Origin: Aplysia californica
Lineage: Eukaryota
Reading direction: 5' to 3'
Length of the DNA stretch: 64,000 nt
Assembly (NCBI RefSeq): GCF_000002075.1
Contig: NW_004797693.1
Coordinates: 266,969 to 330,968, forward strand
This document shows positions 12,626 through 23,512 of this stretch, piece by piece. The position numbers and the translations under genes are program-made. The notes below the pieces were generated by a model. That model did no database searches and was not told where the DNA came from. It saw nothing but the letters and a program-made list of their open reading frames with translations. How positions within the stretch are numbered: the stretch's first letter is position 1; each line of letters starts with the position of its first letter.

Positions 12626-13127
12626 GTGGGTTTTTAACCATTCTCTTTTTTGTATGTGTATTTAGGATTCATAATCGATGATTGTGTTTTAATTTCTGAC
12701 GGGCACCCCACACTACATGCCTAGCAAGGGATTAAGATTTGAAAGCTGAAATTAGAAGTTTGGCTATGGAGGTTAATATATAGCTTCCATTAAGATAATA
12801 AATGATGACTTTAGACCATATGTTTTTAGTTGCAATTTGAAGTATATGAATGCTTAGTTTATGAAGTTGTTTTCTTCATGGTGACCAGCAGCCCTAGTTC
12901 GAATTCGTTATAAGACTTTAAAAACCTTTTTTCGTTTAGTATTTATATAAATCTCATTTAATTTTGATTCGTACTGTCAAAAAAGGGTTCCAATTTTAGG
13001 TGTTGAAAGTTGGTGTAAAGTTGTCTACTTACCCAGGTACTGATCTGTCTTTCATGTTTCGTAGAGGGAAGTGTGAAAATACAAGTCAGTTTCTGAATTC
13101 TGATTTCTATTATTCTGTAATATCCAG

Positions 13128-13354
13128 GACTGTAGACACAGCACAGCTGGAGCTAGGTGTGACCGCTGTCTGCCAGGGTTCTATGGCGACCCCCGACGAG
13201 GGTCGCCAGATGATTGCAAGCCCTGTGCTTGTCCACTGACCACTGGTAACAATTTCTTTGCTGAGAGATGCGTTGCCAGGCCCACTCTGGAAGATAGGGA
13301 TGCATATGAGTGTGTCAATTGCCAGGAAGGGTATACTGGAGATAGATGTGAGAT
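13128..13354 (+). CDS. LAMA1/2: Laminin alpha exon 13, LE (DCRHSTAGARCDRCLPGFYGDP...GYTGDRCE)
   Basis: atccag / gtaagt, 227 nt, phase 0-2. Confidence 0.94.
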
Positions 13355-13585
13355 GTAAGTGCAGATGGAATGACTATGTCTTTCTACCATCATATTAGGC
13401 GAAAAGTGTTACATCTAGAAGCTGAAATTGTCAAGATTTATTGGGTACTTTTGGCATTTCATTTCATTTCATATTCTATCACATTCTTTGAAATCTATTT
13501 TAAAAACTTTCCTTGTCATAAATATATATACACAGGATGTATTAATGATTTTTTTCTCAATTTATTTCATAAATTGTGTTCCGAC

Positions 13586-13995
13586 ACAGTGAAATCATGC
13601 GCTCGTCAATTTTTGGGCATCTAGAATTATTGCTATCATCTTAAAGCTTGCTCATTTGTCTTTCTTTTGATGAAAAAGATATCCATCTATCTTGTATACA
13701 AGTTGAGATATTGACAATTGAAGGAGGTGGGGGTCACCTGATTTCAGAGGTAAAATTTGCAAGAAAATGGCCGCCAAAGTGAAGTTATTTCCTTTGCTTG
13801 AGAGTCTGTGGAAAGTGAAAATTTACATTTTTTGTGCCTGTAATCAATATTTTTCAATAAAATCCATACAGAAATGTGTTGTTTAATGAACATAAAAGGT
13901 GATAAGCCAAAAAACAAAAATTTGAAAAAAATTCCTGAACCTGCGGAAAAATGACAGTTTCTTCATTTTCATTATTTTGACGAGCGCCTATTTGT
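13586..13995 (+). mobile_element. ~420-bp MITE, family C; other copies ~17495-17925 (+), 31040-31400 (-), 52709-53132 (-)
   Basis: TIR core GAAATCAGGCGCTCGTCAA and shared interior (gaaggaggtggggtc..aaaatggccgccaaag). Confidence 0.8.
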
Positions 13996-14647
13996 CTCAC
14001 AATTATTCCTTTTTTTTTCTTTGTAAAGGTGTCTTGTTATCTGAGGTTTATTAAAGAATTTTTTTCTTAATTTTTTTACTCAAAAGCAAGTCACAGATGC
14101 AGTGTCAGGAATTGTTTATAATACCCTGTTTTTGGAAGGTTATCAAGTTTCTTAAATGACCTTGGAGTTGTGTTTCCTGTTGCTGAGGTTTTAAAAAAAA
14201 AATATATTCATGTAACATGGGTTTCTGATTATAGAATGCTGTTCTTACCGATGGTATTTTTTGAGTGGGTGGTTTAAGGCTCCTAATTTTGTACTTTCCG
14301 ACTATCATTCCTGTCTGGTTTTTTCTTTTCTATTTCCTGACTATTATTGTGTTGATGTGCTTCTCTTTACTCAAAAACAAAAGCAGAAAATGCTTTTGGC
14401 TCTTGTGTTTATTTGAACAAGTTTTGAGATACCAACCTATGTACCCTTTACTTCACAAAAGCTCAGGACATTTAGAAAGTTGTTTTCAATGGAAGCAGTT
14501 GGTGGTGACTGTATTTCCTTTCAGTGATACTGTTATAGGAGTTTGATTTTGCCTAAATGTGGCAATTATTGTGCTGAATGACTGTTAATTCTAACTCGGT
14601 AACAGTCTAATTGTGACTGACATGTTTTTATTCTCGGCTTTCCTCAG

Positions 14648-14856
14648 GTGTGCTTCAGGTTACTATGGCAACCCTGGCACCCCAGGAGGTTCTTGTCGTA
14701 GATGTATGTGCGGTGGCAACATTGACATGTCGCTTCCTGGGAGCTGTAACAATGTTACTGGTGCTTGCACTCGCTGTGCCACGAATACCGAGGGAGAGTT
14801 CTGTGAGAGATGCAGCCCAGGGTACTACGGCTCAGCTGTGAATGGCGATTGCCGAC
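14648..14856 (+). CDS. LAMA1/2: Laminin alpha exon 14, LE (CASGYYGNPGTPGGSC...NGDCR)
   Basis: cctcag / gtgagc, 209 nt, phase 2-1. Confidence 0.94.
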
Positions 14857-15852
14857 GTGAGCTTCAATTTGTTATATTATAACTTATCTTTTTGATGCTA
14901 TGTTTTGTCACTAAATACAAGAAAATTGTAGCCCATCATCTAGTAGCCTCAGATTCTCTTTTGTTATTTGATATTTTGTCTCTCTTTCATTGACCTGGAG
15001 TTTCTAAAGACTTTAGTTATGTCAATGGCAGTGTAAGATATATTGCAAAAATAATTACAAATTTATGCCCATCATATCAGGGAATTTTCCAACCACTTTC
15101 TCATTGAGTTCATGACTGAAGTAAATAATAAAATGGTTAGTCATCATTGATTAATTTAGATTGCTTTTATGAAATTTCAGTCCATAAAAAATAGTAACTT
15201 GCTGGTCCCTTTGTTCAACATAGTAGTGGTATAACTTTTTTTTATTCTTCAAATTTGTAAGAGTTTTACGCAACATAAAGTTGTCGAGTCGGGGTTCATT
15301 TTTTTCCATGTAACATTTTCTCGTCAGTGTGGTTTCACAGCAAGAGTATTGATATGTTATGGTGGGGAGCATAATATTGCTGTTTCATACCTCCATTTTG
15401 CACCTTTCCTTGCTGAACATAAAGCTGCTAGTGTTAGTTGGTTTTTATTGTTATATTATGCTTCTTGGTAAGCTGTTCTATTCACTTTACAGTGAACTGG
15501 TTAGGCAGAGGTTAGGGGGTTTCGCAGTGGCATGCAGGAGGTATGAGTTTGATTCCCTTCTGGGGACTGCTTTTTCTCAAGTATATCCTTTTGTCTGCTT
15601 CGATGTTGTACCCCTTTCAGCCTGGTTGGCCCTGACACGCAGGGTCAAAGCTCTCCGATTCCAAAATAACTTAAAATGTGTTGATTGGGGACATAAAAAC
15701 ATATGGGAATTTATAAATGTACGTGGGGGTGGGTGGTTATATAGGGTGGATGAATATATATATGAAACTACTTGTACTACCCTAATATATGGTTTGGGCA
15801 AACATAACATTCTTTGTGGAATGTTTTCAGTGTTGATTCTCTCTCTCCTCAG

Positions 15853-15959
15853 CCTGCGAGTGTTCCAATTCTGGTTCCCGAAATAACGAGTGCAACGCAA
15901 GAAGTGGTCAGTGTGAATGTAAGGAAAGGTTCACAGGCCGGCGATGCAACAAGTGTGAG
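15853..15959 (+). CDS. LAMA1/2: Laminin alpha exon 15, LE (CECSNSGS...FTGRRCNKCE)
   Basis: cctcag / gtataa, 107 nt, phase 1-0. Confidence 0.93.
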
Positions 15960-16329
15960 GTATAAATTGTTACCTGGTTCAGATTCTCAGAGAGCTTGTG
16001 TCACTTGTGCTATAAGTCAAAACTAGGTTGAAATTTTTAAACCATATTTGAAAGTGAATGTTTTAGAGAGGATGTTGCTACTTTCTTTCCTTATACCATT
16101 CACATGTATCTACTATCCTTATCTATTAGAGAGAGCTCTCTCTCCTTATTGATATTGCCTTTTTCCTTATTTAGTTATGTTACTACTGATATAACTTTTT
16201 CTCCTAACAATGATATTGTGTTTCTATCTTTCTACTTATCAAATTCAGACACGTCTACTAGAGAAGATTATTGTCTCGCTCTCTTTTTATCTAATTCATA
16301 TATATTTCTCTGTCTTTTAGAGAGGATAA

Positions 16330-16387
<58 letters not shown>

Positions 16388-17297
16388 NNNNNNNNNNNNN
16401 NNNNNNNNNNNNNNNNNNNNNNNNNNNNNNNNNNNNNNNNNNNNNNNNNNNNNNNNNNNNNNNNNNNNNNNNNNNNNNNNNNNNNNNNNNNNNNNNNNNN
16501 NNNNNNNNNNNNNNNNNNNNNNNNNNNNNNNNNNNNNNNNNNNNNNNNNNNNNNNNNNNNNNNNNNNNNNNNNNNNNNNNNNNNNNNNNNNNNNNNNNNN
16601 NNNNNNNNNNNNNNNNNNNNNNNNNNNNNNNNNNNNNNNNNNNNNNNNNNNNNNNNNNNNNNNNNNNNNNNNNNNNNNNNNNNNNNNNNNNNNNNNNNNN
16701 NNNNNNNNNNNNNNNNNNNNNNNNNNNNNNNNNNNNNNNNNNNNNNNNNNNNNNNNNNNNNNNNNNNNNNNNNNNNNNNNNNNNNNNNNNNNNNNNNNNN
16801 NNNNNNNNNNNNNNNNNNNNNNNNNNNNNNNNNNNNNNNNNNNNNNNNNNNNNNNNNNNNNNNNNNNNNNNNNNNNNNNNNNNNNNNNNNNNNNNNNNNN
16901 NNNNNNNNNNNNNNNNNNNNNNNNNNNNGGAGTCCAGAGGCAGAACGAGATTAAGTCACATTTTAAGAAAGGGGAGAAAATGGAAATTCAAAATTTTAAA
17001 CTTTGTGTCTCATTGTTAATATAGCCTTACATAGCACAGGACATAGCTCCGTTGTGAGTGGGATCACTTGCGGAGAAGAAAGTTCGTCCACATATATATA
17101 TTTGTCTTCTAGAGGGAAGATTGCCGCTCTCCTAATACAACTGTATTACCTGTATTACCCGTCCTGGGCAACAACGTCATTGCACACCGGACAGGTCCAT
17201 TAGTGCTCAGTTCCCCCCAGCACCAAAGCCCGCAAGGTATCCATACTGATTGTTCCTCCTAATACAACTAACATACCATTGTTGTTGTGCTTTTCAG

Positions 17298-17475
17298 AGA
17301 GGCTATGGAAATGTTGAGAGGGGTTGTGAGAGATGTTCTTGCGATCGGCAAGGCTCTCAGAGCTCCGAGTGTGACCCGGTCTCTGGTCAGTGCCGCTGCG
17401 TGGATGGTGTCGTAGGTCTTAATTGTGATGCTTGCGCTGAAGGGTACTACGACTTTTCAAGGAGAGGATGTAAAG
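17298..17475 (+). CDS. LAMA1/2: Laminin alpha exon 16, LE (RGYGNVERGC...FSRRGCK)
   Basis: tttcag / gtaact, 178 nt, phase 0-1. Confidence 0.94.
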
Positions 17476-17981
17476 GTAACTGTGTCATGACGCATTTGAA
17501 TCTGGCGCTCTTAAATTTGTGGTCATGTGGAGTTAATGGTAGCCTTCCATTTAAAAGCTTTTTCACTTGTCTTGTTTTGCTTAAAAAAAACAAAAAACCC
17601 GTCTATTTTAAATATAAATTGAGATATTTGTGATTGAAGGAGGTGGGGGTCGCCTGGTTTCAGTGGTAAAATTAGTGAAAAAATGGCTGCCAAAGTTAGG
17701 TGACTTTCATAGATTGAGAGACCTTGGAAAGTGAAAATTTATATTTTTTGTGCCTTTAATCGATGTCTTTCAGTAAAATCCTTACAGATATGTGTAAATG
17801 TGTTTTTAAAAGGACATAAAAGGTGTTGAGCCGAAAAACAAAAGTTCAATAAAAATCGCCAAACAGATGGAAAAATGCTGGTTTCTTCAATTTCACGATT
17901 TTAAAGAGCGCCTGATTTCACCACTATGCCTCACAAATAACCTTTGTCAAAGTTAACTATCCTTTATTCAGACCTGCCCAG

Positions 17982-19890
17982 TAGAGCTGGGCGACGAATC
18001 GATTCTGGAACCGCTTACCACGATTAATGCTACGGAAGAAAAGCATGGCCTCCTTTTTATGAATACCAAAGGATTTTCTTCTTTTTTAAAGAATTTACTT
18101 TTGAAAAATAAAAATTGATACTTTGTAGTGTTCCGAAATCAAGGTTATCCTAAATCCTGAAGATGTTTGGAGTCAATTAAGTTACCACCAAAAGAAATCA
18201 CATTATTAGACACGGCGTCACTTTTCGCCCGATTCTGTTACTTTTAGTTCGCGTGACTCAGCAGCCCGCCGGAGTTCCCTGGCTCGGGGTCACGGGGTTA
18301 ATGAGCCCTGAGGCGACTTTGCCGGTGTCGGTGTCGGTCGGGAAGTTCGCATTTTTGACTATGTTTAAAACGATATAACTTCTTCCCCATCCCACACAGC
18401 AAACCATTACGCGGATGTACTAAAAGCTCAATGTCTTGAGATTTATTCTGCGTTAGAATGGTTAGTTTCTGTGCCTTAGTTTTTGTTCTAGACCAGTGTT
18501 TGTAGAGTACCCAATTTGTCCTATTTTACTTACAAAGTTATGAATAAATGATTGTTATTTTTAAAAAGGCACGACAGATCTCTCCAAATTCTGTGTTAAA
18601 CTGACTACGAATATCATGTCTTTTACCATGAGAAATCTTAAATCTGCGGTAGTAGTAATAGTCAAGTTATAAGAGAAGAAAGATGCACATCTGCATATTT
18701 TAACTAAAGACGATCAGCGTTAGCTTTTATTTTACTATTAAACAAGAGAAAGTTACTCTGCGTTTGTTCATGAATCATGCTGTGTCTGTGGCAGCCTGCA
18801 TACAACTAAAAAGATATAATATAAGTGATTTAAAAAACCACAAAACCGTGTAAATACATGGGTAGAGATAAACTTCTAGTATGGAATAAAAATAATGACA
18901 GCTAAAAAACATTCTTTCTGAGTTTTTTGTGTAGGAAATATGCGCGGACACAATTATGAATGTAAAGAAATCAGTCACATTGTCAGTTATTGCAAATGGT
19001 CATAGAAACGTAAAAAAAGCCGGAAAAGTCTGGTGCAGATTCAGTGTCCCTGGAAAGCTAGAAATTATTCTTATAACCCAATTACGAGAAGTCATCCTTA
19101 TTATTCAGTCAACTTACAAAACCTAGACTTAGCGTTTTAAGAAAAGTAAGCAATTTCTTGAGTGTAACAGATACTGTTCGTGTATTAGATCTACGTTGAA
19201 GATATATTCTAGCACTAAAATCAATTTGTACTTTTCATTGAGAAACTTCATGATAACTTTTATAAACTTTCGAGAAAATATGCGAATATTCATGATTATA
19301 TTAGACACATAAAGTTGTATTTGGAGGAATTACTTCGTAGCGATTTGTGTGCCCGATGGATAAAATTGCAAAATTACAGCCTTCTATTATAAGCGCAGAT
19401 ACCATCTTTTCTGAGTATCTGCACTAATGTTATGTCGTTCATATTCCAAAAGTTCGACAGATTTTGACGATGCGTTTTTATTAATATTGATTTTTTTTCA
19501 TTCACGCTAGTCCCAAAAAAATTACAATTTAGCATTGCCGACTCCAGCGCGTCTAACGAAATAACCAGACAAGTTACAACGTCCGTTCTTTTTTGAGTCT
19601 CAAGAGCAGAAATGCGTGCTTTGGGTGCACTAAATGAGAATTACCATAAATACAAGGATACACCTTAAATTGTACGTTGAAAAGTACCAAAAATTAAGTC
19701 GGCCCAGACAGAGCGGCGACAGGGAGCTGACCCCCGTGACCCCGACGTGATAAGGCGCCCGGCGGGGAACCCCCCGCGGCAACTAAAATTCCACTGCCGG
19801 TGCGCCGTGTAGAAAGTAATGAACTGGGTTCGGAGTCGATTCCTATGATTCCTAGCTTTCAACAATCGGGAACCAAGCCGCCCAGCACTA
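17982..19890. mobile_element. Non-autonomous hAT-type DNA transposon, 1.9 kb
   Basis: TIRs TAGAGCTGGGCG / CGCCCAGCACTA, exact 8-bp TSD CTGCCCAG, no transposase ORF. Confidence 0.85.
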
Positions 19891-20301
19891 CTGCCCAGGT
19901 CTCCAGTAAAATTGGAGTTGTCTGATTTGTCTTTTTAAAAAAACTTGTTTAAGGACCCAAAATCGGATTTTCATAATCAGCTCATATGCTAGGCCTAATT
20001 ATCATAATTGAGGTGAAATACATAATTTGCACGACTTTTGGTGAATAATTCGAAAATACATATATTTAATAGTGTTTATTTGCATGTAATAGCAATATGG
20101 TGCAAATGGGGATTTGGAGTGTGCAGTCTTGACGAGTTAATGTTTAGTTGTCCTGAGGGTATATTAGTATTACCATCAGGCCTTCTGATAAGAAGGGATA
20201 AGTACTGCCAATTAATATAAAACAAACCTATTGTAAAGTGCTTCGAGCATGTTGTTGAGCATGGATATACATTATTATTATTATTTATAATTGTTTTTCA
20301 G

Positions 20302-20411
20302 ATTGTGATTGTTATGGTCCTGGTACGAACAACACTGTGACATGTGACCCGTACAGTGGGCGATGTCAGTGCCGCCCGGGTGTCATGGGTCGGCAGTGTG
20401 ATTCTTGTAAG
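20302..20411 (+). CDS. LAMA1/2: Laminin alpha exon 17, LE (CDCYGPGT...GVMGRQCDSCK)
   Basis: tttcag / gtaagg, 110 nt, phase 1-0. Confidence 0.93.
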
Positions 20412-20470
20412 GTAAGGTGGCTGTAGAAGGATGTTATGTTATCTGTGTGTGTGTGTGTCTGTGTGTGTGT

Positions 20471-20512
<42 letters not shown>

Positions 20513-21045
20513 GTATGTGTGTGTGAGTGCGCACGCATGCTCGTGCATGTGCGTGTGCGTGGTTTGGCAAGGATTATCTGGGGGGAAAGGATTATATGGG
20601 GGGGGAAAAAAGCAAGTGTTGATATACAAAGTATTGGACAATGGAGGTACAGAGGGATGCACAGTGAGAAAGAGGGAGGGAGTGAGGGAAGGAAAGAGAG
20701 AGAGAGAGAGAGGCAGAGACAAAGGGAAACAAATAGATAATATTTGAAGCTTTTATGCCTTGTAGTATGATCTAAGAAATAATTGTATTTCTTCTATTGC
20801 GTACCCCTGCTAGAGCTCAAGGGGTAACCTGACTGGTAGATCTTCATCCCTTAGGATAAACGATATTTGATACATTTCTGACCGTTTGATCCACTAAAAT
20901 TGTAGAATCTTCCATTACCTGACAGGCAGCCATATGCCAATTTTAAAAGTAGGTTACTCTTTAATATCTATACTGTCTAGAATTATTATAGTACTACTTT
21001 AACAAAATGTCCTTATTAAAGAATTTCTTATCTACTTGGTTCTAG

Positions 21046-21229
21046 CGGTTTCACTATGGTCTGGAATCGGGCGAAGGCTGTAAGGACTGCGCCTGTGACC
21101 GGACGGGGGCCAGGAGTGGCGTGTGTGACCCTCAGAACGGTCAGTGTGAATGTCGGCCTGGAGTCATGGGACGCACTTGTGACAAGTGCCAGCCAGGTTT
21201 CTATGGTTTCTCCCGGAGGGGTTGTGAGG
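21046..21229 (+). CDS. LAMA1/2: Laminin alpha exon 18, LE (RFHYGLESGEGC...FSRRGCE)
   Basis: ttctag / gtaagt, 184 nt, phase 0-1. Confidence 0.94.
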
Positions 21230-21454
21230 GTAAGTTTTTATGTTTTTGTTTTTTGGGGGTTTTTTTCATCTTTTTTTTTACTTTAAGAGATATTTTCTTG
21301 TTTGTCTTCCAGCCCCATGATATTGTTTGTTTTAGGATTCATGAATGTGGTTTTTCATTTTTAAAATTATCTGCTTTTTTCAGCAATCCGTAAGTGAGAG
21401 GGTATGGACAAGAAAGCAGAAATGAAGATGGTTGTGATAGGAGGGAGGGAGGCC

Positions 21455-21490
<36 letters not shown>

Positions 21491-22393
21491 TTGGTAGATA
21501 GATAGATAGAGAGAAATAGAGAGAGAGATTTTTCAGCCTGAATTGACACTGGTATTCATGTATTTATAGCACATTTTCCAACACGATTATAGTGTACTTT
21601 TCCTTTTAAATTTCCGCTCACAGGTACTTTCATTGGTGTATAAAAAAAAAATTAACAGACATGCGCCTGTTCAGTTTTTACTAGCTATTGTCTCAGAATT
21701 TTGCTTGGATATCTTTTCGTGGCTGATCTGATCTTCTTCAACTTTCTGCTGCTTTGGTGTTAGGTGCATGCTCAAACTTTTGTGTTTTGGTCTTATTGTG
21801 AATATTAGTCATGAGATCAGGGCTGTGAAACGTTCAATACCCCCTTCCCCCCCCTCCCCCCCCAACAAATATGCCTGCTGTAATTTGAGATTAGCTTAAA
21901 TACAGTTGAAACTGTCTGAGATGGCCACCCATTGTCGGGAAGTATAGCGGTTATTTTAGACAGGTGGATTTCTTACACAGTGTCATTATAATGTAGACAA
22001 TACACAAAGGAGGAAATGGAAAGTGGTTGTTTATACAGGTGATTGTTTTATTATTTTTGTGCAGATGACTACTAGAGTGGGTTTGGTTGAACTTTGTTGT
22101 GGGAGACCTGTACCGTCAATAGCTCCTTGATAAGACCTTTGTTACTGTAGTTATTGTAGACCCATACTTTGATGAGAGGAGGCACCACGCTATATGAGGG
22201 AGGTTTGAGGGTGCAACTTATAAGTCCCACTTTTTCTCCTTCTCTTCATTATTTCTGTTTATCTGTCTTCCTTTCTCCCTGTGCTAAGTAATCGTTATTG
22301 TGTCAATGTACTTCCGTACCTCCCCCCCTCCCCCACCCCTCACGCTGATATGCATAGCTTTACTCTTTAAAAAATTGTCAACTTTCGTCACAG

Positions 22394-22533
22394 CCTGTGA
22401 GCCATGCAACAAACCCGGACATATCTGCAACCCTGACACAGGGAAATGTGAATGTCCACCCAACACTGAGGGCCCGAACTGTGAGGTGTGCATCAGGGAT
22501 TGTTGGGGCTTCACCAAAGACCAGGGCTGCAAG
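22394..22533 (+). CDS. LAMA1/2: Laminin alpha exon 19, LE (CEPCNKPGHIC...KDQGCK)
   Basis: tcacag / gtcagt, 140 nt, phase 1-0. Confidence 0.94.
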
Positions 22534-23350
22534 GTCAGTTGGCTGCTTCACGTGCTCCTTTATAGAGTAGAATCTTTTGTTTTGCACTTACTTTTGTCTG
22601 TCTTTTTTTTGTTCAATGCAGTTTGGGATTATGAATTGGTCCACTCTGTTCTTTTTAAAAGATGAATAGTTGGCTTTATTTCTTAATTTTTATAGACTGT
22701 TGTTGTTTTCTAGTTTTTTGAGTCTCATTCTCAGCATTATGCAGGGCTGCTGTTGTCAGTGATGTCCTCTTCTCTCTAGGATCTCTTTGAATTGATGCGT
22801 CTAAATGAGTGCTAGCTTTCAACTAAAATGTAACCTTTTCTCTTTGAAAAAAAGAAGAGAATTAATTTTTGTCATCATGTTAACAATAGCCACAATTACC
22901 GCTGCTTTGAGCTTTTGATTTTGCTTAATGTGAAGTTTGCTCTTAACATTAAACAGCTGACAATTATTTTTATTGAAGTTGACAAGTGTTTCTTCCAAAC
23001 AGAATTTGCCCTCGCAGATAATGTCTAAAAATTCCTTTGATTATAAATGACGTGAGTGTTGGTCAATAGATTGGTAGAAACCTAGTAAATGGCAAAGCTG
23101 TCTTTTCTTTTAGCCTAAAAGATATGCAGATTCAACTTCTAATTTACTTTATGAAATCTATGAATAATATATTATTAATATAATTCTCGGTAGAAACAGC
23201 TTTCAGTTAAAATCTTACATGTCTCTCGTACAGCAAAAGTTATACTAAGGTGTTAACCTGTTATTGCGTAATAGCAATTTCAATTATATATATTGAGTGG
23301 GTATTCAGCAATTCTTTGAAAAACATTCGGGTGTTTTGATTTTTCACTAG

Positions 23351-23512
23351 AAAAGTGATTTGAGAAAGGCGTCTAAGAAGAGAAAGCAAGAGTGCAGGAG
23401 AAGAAGGCGGAGAGGCAGAGGAAAAAAGAAAAATGGCAAAAATAGAGGGAAGAATGATAAAAAGAGGAGAAGGAGGAGAAGGAGAAAGAGGATGAAAAGA
23501 TGTAAGGCTAAG
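23351..23512 (+). CDS. Candidate cassette exon encoding a 54-aa polybasic insert (KSDLRKASKKRKQECRRRRRRGRGKKKNGKNRGKNDKKRRRRRRRKRMKRCKAK)
   Basis: ttttcactag acceptor, AAG/gtgaga donor, 162 nt. Open only in the phase-0 frame, which matches the host intron. Confidence 0.6.
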
